A stretch of 64,000 nucleotides of DNA from the human T2T-CHM13v2.0 reference genome, Homo sapiens, in the NCBI RefSeq assembly GCF_009914755.1, contig NC_060944.1; one strand, 5' to 3'. The notes below the pieces were generated by a model. The model had not been told where the DNA came from. It did no database searches and worked only from the letters and a program-made list of their open reading frames with translations. Positions 14,751-25,302 of the stretch are shown here, in pieces (positions within the stretch are counted from its first letter, which is position 1; every line of letters begins with the position of its first letter). A program made the position numbers and the translations under genes.

Positions 14751-15510
14751 GCTTTTAAAACGCTGCTGCCACCAGGAGTCCTGTACTATCAGCCATGGTC
14801 AACCCCACTGTGTCCTTCGACATTGCTATCAACACCGAGTCCTTGGGCTGTGTCTCCTTTGAGCTGTTTGCAAACAAGATTCCAAAGACGGCAGAAAATT
14901 TTCATGCTCTGAGCACTGGAGAGAAAGGATTTGGTTATAAGGGTTCCTGCTTTCACAGAATTATTCCAGGGTTTATGTGCCAGGGTGGTGACTTCACACG
15001 CCAAATTGGCACTGGTGGCAAGCCCATCTGCAGGGAGAAATTTGATGATAAGAACTTCATCCTAAAGCATACAGGTCCTGGCATCTTGTCCATGACAAAT
15101 GCTGGACCCAACACAAACGATTCCCAGTTTTTCATCTGCACTGCCAAGACTGAGTGGTTGGATGGCAAGCATGTGGTCTTCGGCAAGGTGAAAGAAGGCA
15201 TGAAGATTGTGGAGGCCATGGAGTACTCTGGGTCCAGGAATGGCAAGACCAGCAAGAAGATAATCATTGCTGACTGCAGACAACTTCGATAAGTTTGACT
15301 TCCATTTTATCTTAACCACCAGACTATTCCTTCCGTAGCTCAGGAGAGCACCCTTCCACCCCATTTGCTCGCAGTATCCTAGAATCTTTGTGCTCTTGCT
15401 GCAGTTCCCTTTGGATTCCATGTTTTCCTTGTTCCCTTCCATGCCTAGCTGTGTTGAAGAGTTAAGTTTATGATTATGAAATAAAAACTAAATAACCAAA
15501 AGAAAAAAAA
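14751..15510 (+). pseudogene. PPIAP: Processed cyclophilin A (PPIA) retrocopy: 5' UTR, intronless ORF, 3' UTR, AATAAA and A-rich tail
   Basis: PPIA-type 5' UTR (...ctgtactatcagccATGG); no introns; 3' UTR (cttaaccaccaga...gttaagtttatgattatgaaataaaaactaaataac); AATAAA at 15480-15485; tail 15498-15510. Pseudogene number cannot be determined from sequence. Confidence 0.95.
14795..15292 (+). CDS. Intact 165-aa cyclophilin A-like ORF within the retrocopy (translation unproven)
   Basis: MVNPTV...[15 protein letters not shown]...[21 protein letters not shown]; hand comparison to recalled human PPIA gives 141/165 identical with the same length; strong Kozak gccATGG. Confidence is for real coding function, not homology. 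Confidence 0.3.
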
Positions 15511-16984
15511 GACAGGCTCTGTTTTTTGGGCCTGTTTTGGGCCATAAAATCAATCTCCCTACTCCTGGGGATAATCAAGATAGCAGCTGAATTATGTTGA
15601 ATATGCTGTGATGTAATAGAGAGAACTCAGAGCTAGGAGGCAGGAGCTCTGTGCAAACCTGAGCACATCACTCAGCCTCTCTGGCCTCAGACACCTCACG
15701 TACAATGAAAGGATCAAACTGGATCCCCTGGAGGTTTCTCCTAGTCCAGGCATTCCCGACTCTCTATAAACTGCATTATCACAGGGACCTGAGTCAAGGA
15801 CAGCAACTAAGACTCAACAAGCAAGAGATGAGAGCCCCAGTTCCCCACCTAAAGCCCACCACATAGAGCAGAGCTAAGAAGATTAAATGAGAAAATATCT
15901 GGAAAGTTCTAGCAGATGAGAAGAGCTCACTCCACAAGAGCTGCCAACACATGTCTAGTTAACAGAGAGTTAACAAGTATATATAGATCACCAATTTTCA
16001 ACTCCATTATACTTGTCAACTGAAACTCTACTGAACACATTATATTTTATTGATGACTCAGGTACCCTTCAGGCTCATGAAGGAGCCTGAAGGTCATGAT
16101 TATAATCTCTAATTAGCTTTGTTCTGGAGCTGTGTGGGAGGGCTGGTTAACCAGAAGTTGCAGATACACGAGTTCTGGATAAAGAATTGCTACCTCAATG
16201 GATGAAGAACAGATTTTGTTCATTTACTGAAGTGCTTGTTAATTGTGAATAATTACTGGAGGGTGTACTTTAGCCATCACCTACACATATAAATAACCAT
16301 TTGTTCCATGACTCCAGGTTATTAATACGCTCCCAGGGCCGTTCTGATATAATGCCGGGAGAAATGTGGGACTTACATCCTCAATGTGAATATTTGTTTG
16401 GCCTGACATCAGAGGATGCTAGGAAAAAAAAAAGAAAAACTCTGCTGGGATCAGGTTAACCTGAATTAGTGAAGGTTTGAGCAACTAGCATCCATAATGA
16501 AAACTGCTTAAGGCCAAGGTATTTTTGGAAGCTGCCCCCCACCCCTCAACAAAGGATTACAAAAGAATTAAACTCTGGGATACCTTAGATTCAAAGCAGG
16601 CCTCCCACTGGCTTCAAAGACTTGGGCCTCCTCATTAAGGAGAAAAGCAAGAGGGTGGTCCTGATGTTTACCAACTGTCCTGGACCTGGCCTCCCTTGTA
16701 TCATATGCTGGGCTTAAGGGGATTAAGAGCGAGTGAGTGGTGCAGAGGAATGGGCCAGACAGGGAGAGGCAGCTCAGACCCAGCCATCTCACCAGACAGC
16801 AGGTTCTACACGTCCCCTAGAAGCAAAGTCAGCCCACTTCATCCCTTGACCCACCATCATCCCTGACTCCTGTGGCCACTCTCAGCTTTTCTCTGTCATC
16901 TCAGGGCTCTGCCTGGAAGTCCCCCGTCTGTGCACATCACCTCGCTCCCTGACCAGTGTCCTTCCTTACCTTTAGCTATGCCAT

Positions 16985-17165
16985 GTGGTGTTGTTTGAAT
17001 TGTGTCCCCCTAAAAGATACGTTGAAGTCCTAACCCCAGTTCCCTGTGAATGCTACCTTATTTGGAAATAGAGTCTTTGCATATGTAATTAGTTAAAGTG
17101 AGGTCATACTGGATTAAGGTAGGCCCTAAATTCACTATGATGACTGGTGCTTTTATGAGAAGAGA

Positions 17166-17207
<42 letters not shown>

Positions 17208-17447
17208 GAACATTATGTGATGATGGAGAGGGACTGAAGTGACACCATCTATGAGCCAAGGAAGGCCAAGAATTGAGGGCCACCCCCAGAAGTCAGGAAG
17301 AAGCAAGGAAGCATCCTCCCCTCGAGACTTCAGAGACGGGATGTGGCCCTGCAGACACAGTGATTTCAGACTTCTAGACTCTGGAACTATGAGAGAATAA
17401 TGTTTTAAGCCACCCGTGTTGTCAGCTGCCTTAGGAAGTTAATATAC
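16985..17447 (+). mobile_element. MaLR solo LTR, MLT1C-like, containing (AC)17 at 17171-17204
   Basis: ttgaattgtgtccccctaaaagatacgttgaagtcctaacccc...ccttatttggaaatagagtctttgca...gacttctagactctggaactatgagagaataa. Confidence 0.8.
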
Positions 17448-17877
17448 CATGCAATACAGCCACATTCAAACTTTTCTGTTCAGCCACCCTTTCTTGAAAT
17501 AAAAGTTTACAAGGAAGTTTAATAAGATATTGGAAGAACTCTGATTAATGTAGGATGTGGAGAGGGAGGGGTGAGCAGGATCTCAGGCCTCTGCCCTCCC
17601 CTTCTCTAACTCCGAAGCTAGGGGTAGGGCAGGAAGGACCATGCCCCACATCCCTCAGGTTCCAGAAAGCAGTTTGGCATGAGAATTAGCAGGCAGGCCT
17701 ACAGCACAGCTTCTCCTGGACTTGAAATTCAGCTCTTCCCCATCCCAGCTGTGTGACATTTGACAGATAACTTATTGGGGCCCTAGTTTCTTCATTAGTA
17801 AAGACAAAACCACCTGCCCAATGCAGTCACTGTGTAGCCAAATGGAGATCCTGTTTGCAGAGCACCCACCCTGGCCC

Positions 17878-18270
17878 TATATCATAGGTGGAACCATGTC
17901 CCCCCCCCCAAATTCCTATATTGACGTCCTACCCTCCAGTACCTCAAAATGTGATTATACTTGGAACTGAGGGTCTTTAAAGAGGTGATTCAGTTAAAAT
18001 AAGGCCATTAGGGTGAGCTCTAATCCAGTATGATGGGTGTCCTTATGGGAAGAGGAGATTTGGACACAGGCAAGCACAGAGGGAAGACCATGTGAGGAGA
18101 GAGCAAGAGGTAACTATCTACAGGACAAGAGAAGCCTCGGAAGAAACCAGATCCGCCTACAGCTTGATCTCAGACTTCCAGCCACCAAAACTGTGAGACA
18201 ATACATTTCTGTTGTTTAAGCCCTCCAGGCTGTGGTGCTTTGTTATGGCAGCCCAAGCAAACTAATACAG
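17878..18270 (+). mobile_element. MaLR solo LTR, MLT1A/B-like
   Basis: aaattcctatattgacgtcctaccctccagtacctcaaaatgtg...ttaagccctccaggctgtggtgctttgttatggcagcccaagcaaactaataca. Confidence 0.8.
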
Positions 18271-18363
18271 CCTGGTACACAGGTCATGCAAGAAATGTTA
18301 ATTTCCTCTCCATTCCTATGTGCCAGACTCACCCACAAGCATATATATATATATATATATATA

Positions 18364-18661
18364 ATTTTTTTTTTTTTTGAGATGGAATCTTGCTCCGTCG
18401 CCCAGGCTGGAGTACAGTGACGTGATCTCAGCTCACTGCAACCCCCGCCTCCTGTGTTCAAACAAGTCTCCTGCTTTAGCCTCCCGAATAGCTGGGATTA
18501 CAGGCGTTCGCCACCACTCTCAGCTGATTTTTTGTGTTTTTAGTATAGACGGGGTTTCACCATGTTGGCCAGCCTGGTTTCGAACTCCTGGCCTCACGGA
18601 ATCCACCTGCTTTGGTCTCCCAAAGTGCTGGGATTACAGGCATGAGCCACCGTGCCCAGCC
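18364..18661 (-). mobile_element. AluS with an (AT)11 microsatellite (18341-18363) at the tail
   Basis: Full reverse Alu; caagcat present on both flanks. Confidence 0.9.
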
Positions 18662-18682
18662 ACTGGCAAGCATTTTAATCTG

Positions 18683-19419
18683 TCACATTTGATTCATTCT
18701 AGATATACCTTCTCTCCCCATGTCAACATCTCTGAAATGCGGGTGCATCTGGTAGTCTCTGGGAGCCAGGCCAGGTGGGCACCATGGCACAGTTGTCATT
18801 GCCATGCATGCTCAAGCCCGGTGGGGATTCCCTGTGAATAAGGGCAGCTCCCACATTTGCACCAGCAAACGACTTACAGATCATTGAAGGAACACAAGTC
18901 CTGGGTGCCCTCTGCAAACCTTCTATCAACACCTCCTGGTAAATTCCAAAAATTCCAGCAGCAAAATTTGCAGAATAGGGAGCTTGGGGGACAAAAAAAA
19001 AAAAAAAAAAGAGAGAGATTCGGCTAGGAATGGAGAACATTTCTAAGAATAACTGCACCGTGAACACCCTTGGTGGCACTAAGGACAAGATGACGCAGAA
19101 AAGTGCAGGCATCGACCACTGAGTCAAAAAGTGATTCAGAGAAATTGAATTCTGAATGTGGAAAAGGTTTAGGAATCCTTCCATCAATTTATTTTGCTTA
19201 TATTTCCCTTTTAATGTATGCGAATGCCTGATATATGATAGAATCTATGTCTAAATGAATTTTAAAGAGCTCTTTCAACAAGCATAAAATAAAAATTCTA
19301 AGTGATAAAAGGTATGAACTCTAGTTTACATAGCAGCATTTTTTTCTTTCTTAGTGATGCAGAAACTAAAAGTACATCTTACAGTTAGTGGTCAGGGGCT
19401 TTAGTTTGATGAAATATGG
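18683..19419. mobile_element. TcMar-Tc2 DNA transposon remnant (MER104/Kanga-like)
   Basis: Left aacatctctgaaatgcgggtgcatct and right cttacagttagtgg...tttgatgaaatatgg+ta resemble recalled MER104-type termini; interrupts a MIR. Confidence 0.55.
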
Positions 19420-20169
19420 TATTAATTGCCACAGTAATTTTAGGCTTGAGGTATGGTTATCCCCATTTTACAGGTGAGAAACTGAGGCTGAGAGCCTACA
19501 TGAGCCCAGCATCACACTGCTAGCCACGCCAGGCCAGGATTGGGAGCCAGCCTTGTACCTACAGTCCCTTGCCACCTGTGCCAGCCCTCTCAAGCTCACC
19601 TTGGCTGCCCCCAACCTAAACCTGAATTCCAATCCTGAATCCAGCCTCTGGCAGGAAGTTGTTGCCAGGCAGTTAAATTAGTTGGTTTTTCATGCATATA
19701 TAATGAACCCTTAGCAGTAAATAAGGCTTTTATGAGTGGCAGATTTATCCATTTTTATGGTGCAAAAGGAAAACTTGCCGGGTGTATATTTCTAACAGGT
19801 GCTGCCCCTCACACCTGCATATGTAAATCACAGTCGTGTGACATGGAAGTGTGGGGGACCCGCCTGGAGGCCTGATTTTCAAGACTGTCAATAGTCCCAG
19901 CCTAAAGAAGCCTGCATTGCACAGGGCAGAATCTACTGGGAGCACTGGGGTGAGGACTACTTACCAGACACAGCTCAGCTACTGCGAGGTCATAAAGATA
20001 ATGTTCCAGAGGGTTCGCGTGGTCCCCAGGACACGGGGTGTGGGCTTTGCAAACAGACATGAAGTATGTCACTGAGAGTGGGAAGGGAAGAGAGAGAAGC
20101 CATTCCCAGGATGGCAGGCAGAGCAGGAATCCACAGGGCACTCTGGAAGGAAGCAAAGTCTTGGAGTCT

Positions 20170-20335
20170 AGGCTTTGCATCAGAATCATCTGGAAGGCTT
20201 GTCAAAATACAGATGTCCGGGCTCGCCCCCATAAATGCTGACTCAGGAGGTCTGAGCTGGGGCCTGAGATTCTGTATTTGTCCCAGGAGATGCTAAAATT
20301 ACCAATCAATGAATCATGCTTTAAGTATCATTGCT
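20170..20335. mobile_element. MER5A-like hAT-Charlie element
   Basis: catcagaatcatctggaaggcttgtcaaaatacagat...ggtctgagctggggcctgagattctgtatt. Confidence 0.75.
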
Positions 20336-22924
20336 CAATGCCTAGATTATATTTTGATCAAAGGCACAAATATCTCACATATGATCTGGTGTCCAGAAAC
20401 AACCAGCAGCCCTCCCAGGGATGTGATAGCACAGTGTATCCAGGTGTGAAGAGCCAGCCTCGGGCAGCCTGGTAGTTAGGAGCATGGACTCCAGAGATGC
20501 CCGGAGAACTCAAGGTAAGTTGCTTGTCCTCCCTGAACCTCAGTTTCCTCCTCTGCCAAATAGGGTAATAATAGAACCCCTCGGATAAGCTTGTTGTGAT
20601 GGTTGAGTTATGCTAGGCAGGGTTTTCTCTGCTCAGTAATTGTGAAGCCAAGTGATGGGTCGAGGGGCATTAATTGTACTATTATCTTCATCTTCTGTGT
20701 TTTTTATTTTTATAATAAAAAAAGTATTTTTAAGAGGCAATGCTTGTACACATACCTAGCTCACAGAAGGTACATTTCTATTCTCTGTCCCCCAACTCTG
20801 GCACATGCCACCCCCCAAAAGTAGCCTGGAAACAGCATCTCTAAAAACAAATGTTCATATGACAGGAAGTGGGGACAGGCCAACTAAAGGAAGTGCTGGG
20901 TTTACTTGCATTTAATTTTATTTGCTTCAAAAAATAAAGAGTAGGAGTGATGAGGGGAGGTTTGGATAAATGAACAACATCTTCCACTGCCTCTTTCTGC
21001 TTCTATTGTGATCTCTTGCTCTCTGTGAGTCTTTCCTCCTCATCCTCTCCCTCCTTCTCTCTCCTTCTCTCCTTTTCTTTCCCTCTTATCCCTCCTTCTC
21101 CCCCTCCTTCTCTCTTTTTTTCTCTTATTTTCGACATATGTATCTGTGAATCTGTGGAAGGAAGCGAAAGCAATTTCAGAACAGCAATTTCAGTTTTTAC
21201 CCCTAGCATTAGCACCCTACTCCCAACATTTCCGTGCTTGCTTACTATTTTTGTGGGATAGTCTTGCAGAGTGGTGGAAAGAGCCCAGAATTAAATCAGA
21301 CACCCCTGGATTTGGATCCTGGCTCAGCTTCTCACCAGCCGTGTGGCCCTGGATAAATAAACCCTCAGAATCTCAGTCCCCTCATTTGGAGAACGCAGGT
21401 GACATGTTTGGGTTCCCCTGAGAGCACAGCCTGAGTATATTCATCCATTTTCTATTACTTATATCAGAATACCTGAAATTGGGTGATTTATGAAGAAATA
21501 GAACTTATTTCTTATAGCTGTGGAGGCTGAGGAGTCTAAGACTGAGGGCATGCATCTGTTGAGAGCCTTCTGGCTGGTGGTGCAGAGCCCCGAGGTGGTG
21601 CAAGGCATCACATCATGAGGGGCACTTGTTTGTTACAGCAGCAAGCATAACCCAAGCTAACCTTCCCTGCCCATGGAGAACTCTCTGCCAGTAAGAGAAA
21701 TGAGGCATTCACCCAAGTGTCTTAGTACAGAGATGACTTACAGGAACTTCAGACTCTGGAGGATGATTTCTCACGGTGATACCAGGCTGTTCTGCCATGT
21801 GGCACAACTGCAGGAGGAGCCATTCACATTTTCTATGTGAACAGCACTCCCCGTATTTGTACAACCTGCCACCCTGGGCAGGATTCCCAGAGGAGTGGGC
21901 CTGTTGCTGAGACTCCAAGGATGAGTAGGAACCCCACCCATGGAGATGGGGAAAAGCCACTGCAGCTGGATGAAACAGAAGGGACAGAGACACAGCATAT
22001 GGAAAACCAGAGGCATGCATGCGTGCAGCAGTAATAGCCACCAGTGTCTACTGAGCAGGAACGATAGGCCAGACAGTGTGCTAAGCTCTTTACATACATT
22101 AGCTCACTCAATCTCACAACAGCCTGTGCAAATTCAGACACTCTGGCTCCAGAGCCTGTGCTTTAAATCCCCCAACAGATCCTGCCTACTATCACTAACA
22201 TTGGTACAGCACTTTACAGTTTACAAAACTCTTTTGGACTCATGATCTGTTTTCATTATGGCAACAGAGCAACTGTTCCCATTTTACAGGTGAAGAAACA
22301 GTACTAACGGTCTTGTGACTTGTCAAGGTTACACAGAGAGTAAATTGAGAGGCCAAGACTTGAACCCCATCCTCTGGCCTTAGACAAAGGATGCCACAGC
22401 AAGGTGTCTGCAAAGCAGTCTCTTTCTTCCTCCCTGCTCTGCAGGGAGGTGAGGTGTCTATATTTAGATCATTACAAGGAGCTGCTGAGAGAATGTCCTC
22501 AGGCTATGAATTCAGCCTTACACGCAAATTCACTGCAGATCCAGGAGAAGGCCAGGAATAAACGGGTGGGAGAAGGTCCTTGACTCCAAACAGAAACTGA
22601 GCTGATCAAACACAGCCTGAGCACACGCAGAGGCTGCAGGAGGGAAACGAGATTAATCTCAAACCCTGTGTACTCAGAAGCTTTCCCCAGAACCCAGGTC
22701 CCACTGGCAGGAAATTGTCACTTCGTGCATTTGTTTATTTTTCCCATGTCTTCTGCCAGGCTCCGTGTTTCACTGAGTCCTTATCTTCTCTGTGCATGTC
22801 CACAGGCTGCTGGGTTGGAAATAGCCCAAAGCCATTCAGACCATTTCAGGCACTGAGTTGTATCAAGGATATTTCTTGTGGGTAGAGCAAAGATACGCTC
22901 CCACTCTCCAGTTGGGCTCACTGA

Positions 22925-23325
22925 GGCCTCCCCCTATTGGGGAACTGGCTGGGCTCCTCTGGCAGAGATGCCTGCTACTTATCAAAAATGCACGTTCCCC
23001 CCACTGTGGTATAGAGTTGTCTCTGAGAAACACAGCCCAACCAGGAACTACATTTCCCAGCTAACCTTGCAGCTAAGTGAGGTCATGTGACCTGTTCTCA
23101 CCAATGGAATATGAACAGAGTGATAGGCTTCTCACCTGGGCAAAACAGAGTTGATGTGCTTTCTCCACATTCTCGCTCAGCTTCTGCCTGGATTCAGACC
23201 CTAGGGAATGGTAGAGCCACAAGATGAAAGTAAACTGGGTACCCATAAAGAGAAAATACTTGTGTTAGTTTACTAAAATGATGAGAGTTATTTGTTATAG
23301 CAGCAAGCATAACTTGAATTAATAT
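22925..23325 (+). mobile_element. Old MLT1 solo LTR (G/H/I class)
   Basis: actacatttcccagctaaccttgcagctaagtgaggtcatgtgacc...accaatggaatatga...tttgttatagcagc. Confidence 0.65.
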
Positions 23326-23754
23326 ATCTTCCTTCCTGACTCTTGGCAACTTTAGCTCCCCATGGAGACAGGGGTTGGAATACCACTTGTTCCCCCAAAG
23401 AGAGCTGTAATCTATTGTTCCCTGTTGTGTGCTGGCTTCACCCTCACACCTGGTTTCCTGCCTCAGTTTTCCTGAATAGAATAGTAGATTCCCCTTAAGA
23501 CAGAGGTGACTCTTATCCAAGTCCATTTGGGACTGACTGCCCAGCCTTGGTCAACATCAAAATGCGCTAAGACTCCAGTGTTATAATTAATGTCCACCTA
23601 CCCCCCAATTCATGTGGCCACTGCTCAGCAACCCTGCTACTGTATTTGTTCCCTTTGAGGTTGCTACTGGCTGGGTTTGGGCCCCAAACAGTCTCTAGCT
23701 GTACTGGTGGCTTGATACCAGAAACTTGGGAGAAGAATGGTGTAAGAGGAAGAG

Positions 23755-24120
23755 TGTATTAGTCCATTTTCACGCTGCTGATAAAGACATACCTGAGACT
23801 GGGCAATTTACAAAAAAAAAGAGGTTTAATTGGACTTACAGTTCCATATGACTGGGGAAAACTCACAATAATGGTGGAAGGAAAGGAGGAGCAAGTCACA
23901 TCTTACGTGGATGGCAGCAGGCAAAGAGGGGATGAGAATCAAGGGAAATGGGTTTCCCCTTCCCAAACCATCAAATCTCATAAGACTCATTCATTCACTA
24001 TCACAGGAACAGTGCGGGAAAGACCTACCCCCATAATTCAATTACCTCCCACCAGATCCCTCCCACAACACATGGGAATTCAAGATGAGATTTGGGTGGG
24101 GACACAGCCAAATTATATCA
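23755..24120 (-). mobile_element. THE1 solo LTR
   Basis: tgtattagtccattttcacgctgctgataaagacatacc...tttgggtggggacacagccaaattatatca; perfect 5-bp TSD aagag at 23750-23754 and 24121-24125. Confidence 0.95.
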
Positions 24121-24672
24121 AAGAGCATGCTATACAATCAGAAGAACCTCAAACCAACCTACAATTTCCAGGATGAAGTTGTGCTCCTCTGTTAGACCAG
24201 GAAGCTCTCTGTGCACTGCCCTTGCCAACTGTTCAGTCTTCTCCATCTACTTTCTCCCAACTACTCCATATACTTTCTCCACTTTCTGCTCTCCCAAATG
24301 TATGGCACTACCTAGCACCCTACAGCCAAGCATATGCTGTTCCCTCCATTCAGAATGCCCTTCTGACATAAAGTTCAGAGCCTGGCAGGGGGTAACTGCT
24401 GGTTTTTGCCTATTCAGCATCCCTCCTTCTTCTTCTGGAAACATAAACCCATGTGGGGAACCTAACCCATGAGGTTTAATTAGGGTTAAACCTACTTCCT
24501 TCCCCACCAGAGGAGTAAGCATGAAATTGTTTGGGACTGATCTAGGAAACTTAATATTTTGACACCAGGAAATATCAGATCTCTTTTTTTCCTAAGATGC
24601 ATGAAAAATTTAAACTTAGGTTCTTCAGTAATAATCTGTATTTGAGAATGGAATTTAAAAGTAGACCTCATG

Positions 24673-24778
24673 GGAGAATCACATGAACCCGGGAGGCAGA
24701 GGTTGCAGTGAGCTGAGATGGCACCATTGTACTTCAGCCTGAGTGACAGAGTGAAACTCCATCTCAAAAAAAAAAAAA
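24673..24778 (+). mobile_element. 5'-truncated Alu (3' ~100 nt plus tail)
   Basis: ggagaatcacatgaacccgggaggcagagg...actccatctc(A)n; 14-bp TSD aaaagtagacctca at 24657-24670 and 24779-24792. Confidence 0.92.
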
Positions 24779-24837
24779 AAAAGTAGACCTCAGAAAAGAG
24801 GCAAGAGATAAATTCCTGATTCACTGCTTGAGCACCT

Positions 24838-25302
24838 TGTGTAGACAATGTTGGTACCTCACCCAGACTACCTCTACAAGGCCAGTGCACCCATCTGTAA
24901 GTGTCAACTGGGAACTGCTAACAGCTTATAGTTGTACCCTTGTTTAAAGACTTGCCTCAGCCAAAGAGAGCCACTTTTCCCAGAAATTCTGAAAAGGTTA
25001 TGCTCCCCATGCCAGAGGGAGCTCCCAGCCAATGCCTGATAAACACGGGAGTACAAAAGGCGAATCCTCTTGCTTTGCAGTGAGACAGCACTGTGATGTT
25101 ATTCCTACTCCGGAGATCCCAATGGGACCAGGCTGAAGCTGGACTCCAGCTGAAAACACATTCTTCATCAGCTTCTTCTCCTCCCCTGTCTGGCATAAAA
25201 AGTCACTTCCTTGCAGTTACTGCTGAAAGCACCTCCTCAATAAATCACTTGCACAAGAATCCCCATCACAAGTTCTGCTTGTAGTGAATCCAACCTGAAA
25301 TA
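24838..25302 (+). mobile_element. ERVL solo LTR, LTR16-like, inserted in an MLT1 (host ~24380-25405)
   Basis: tgtgtagac...cccagccaatgcctgataaacacgggagtacaaaagg...caataaatcacttgcacaagaatccc; near-TSD cacct/cccct; host MLT1 gagcacc|ctggatcaagccatgcctgaag is split. Confidence 0.75.

Noticed and set aside
14789-15442. Antisense ORFs overlapping the PPIA retrocopy
   Set aside because: Shadow frames of the PPIA sequence.
18377-18841. 154-aa ORF and similar ORFs at 40594, 41989, 48960, 50233 and 54885
   Set aside because: Translations of antisense Alu sequence (SPRLE.SG.ISAHC, PASAS.VAG.TG motifs).
21628-23313. 22-nt similarity ttgtta(c/t)agcagcaagcataac at ~21631 and ~23292 as another doublet
   Set aside because: Both resemble generic MLT1 3' ends, so shared family ancestry cannot be excluded by eye.
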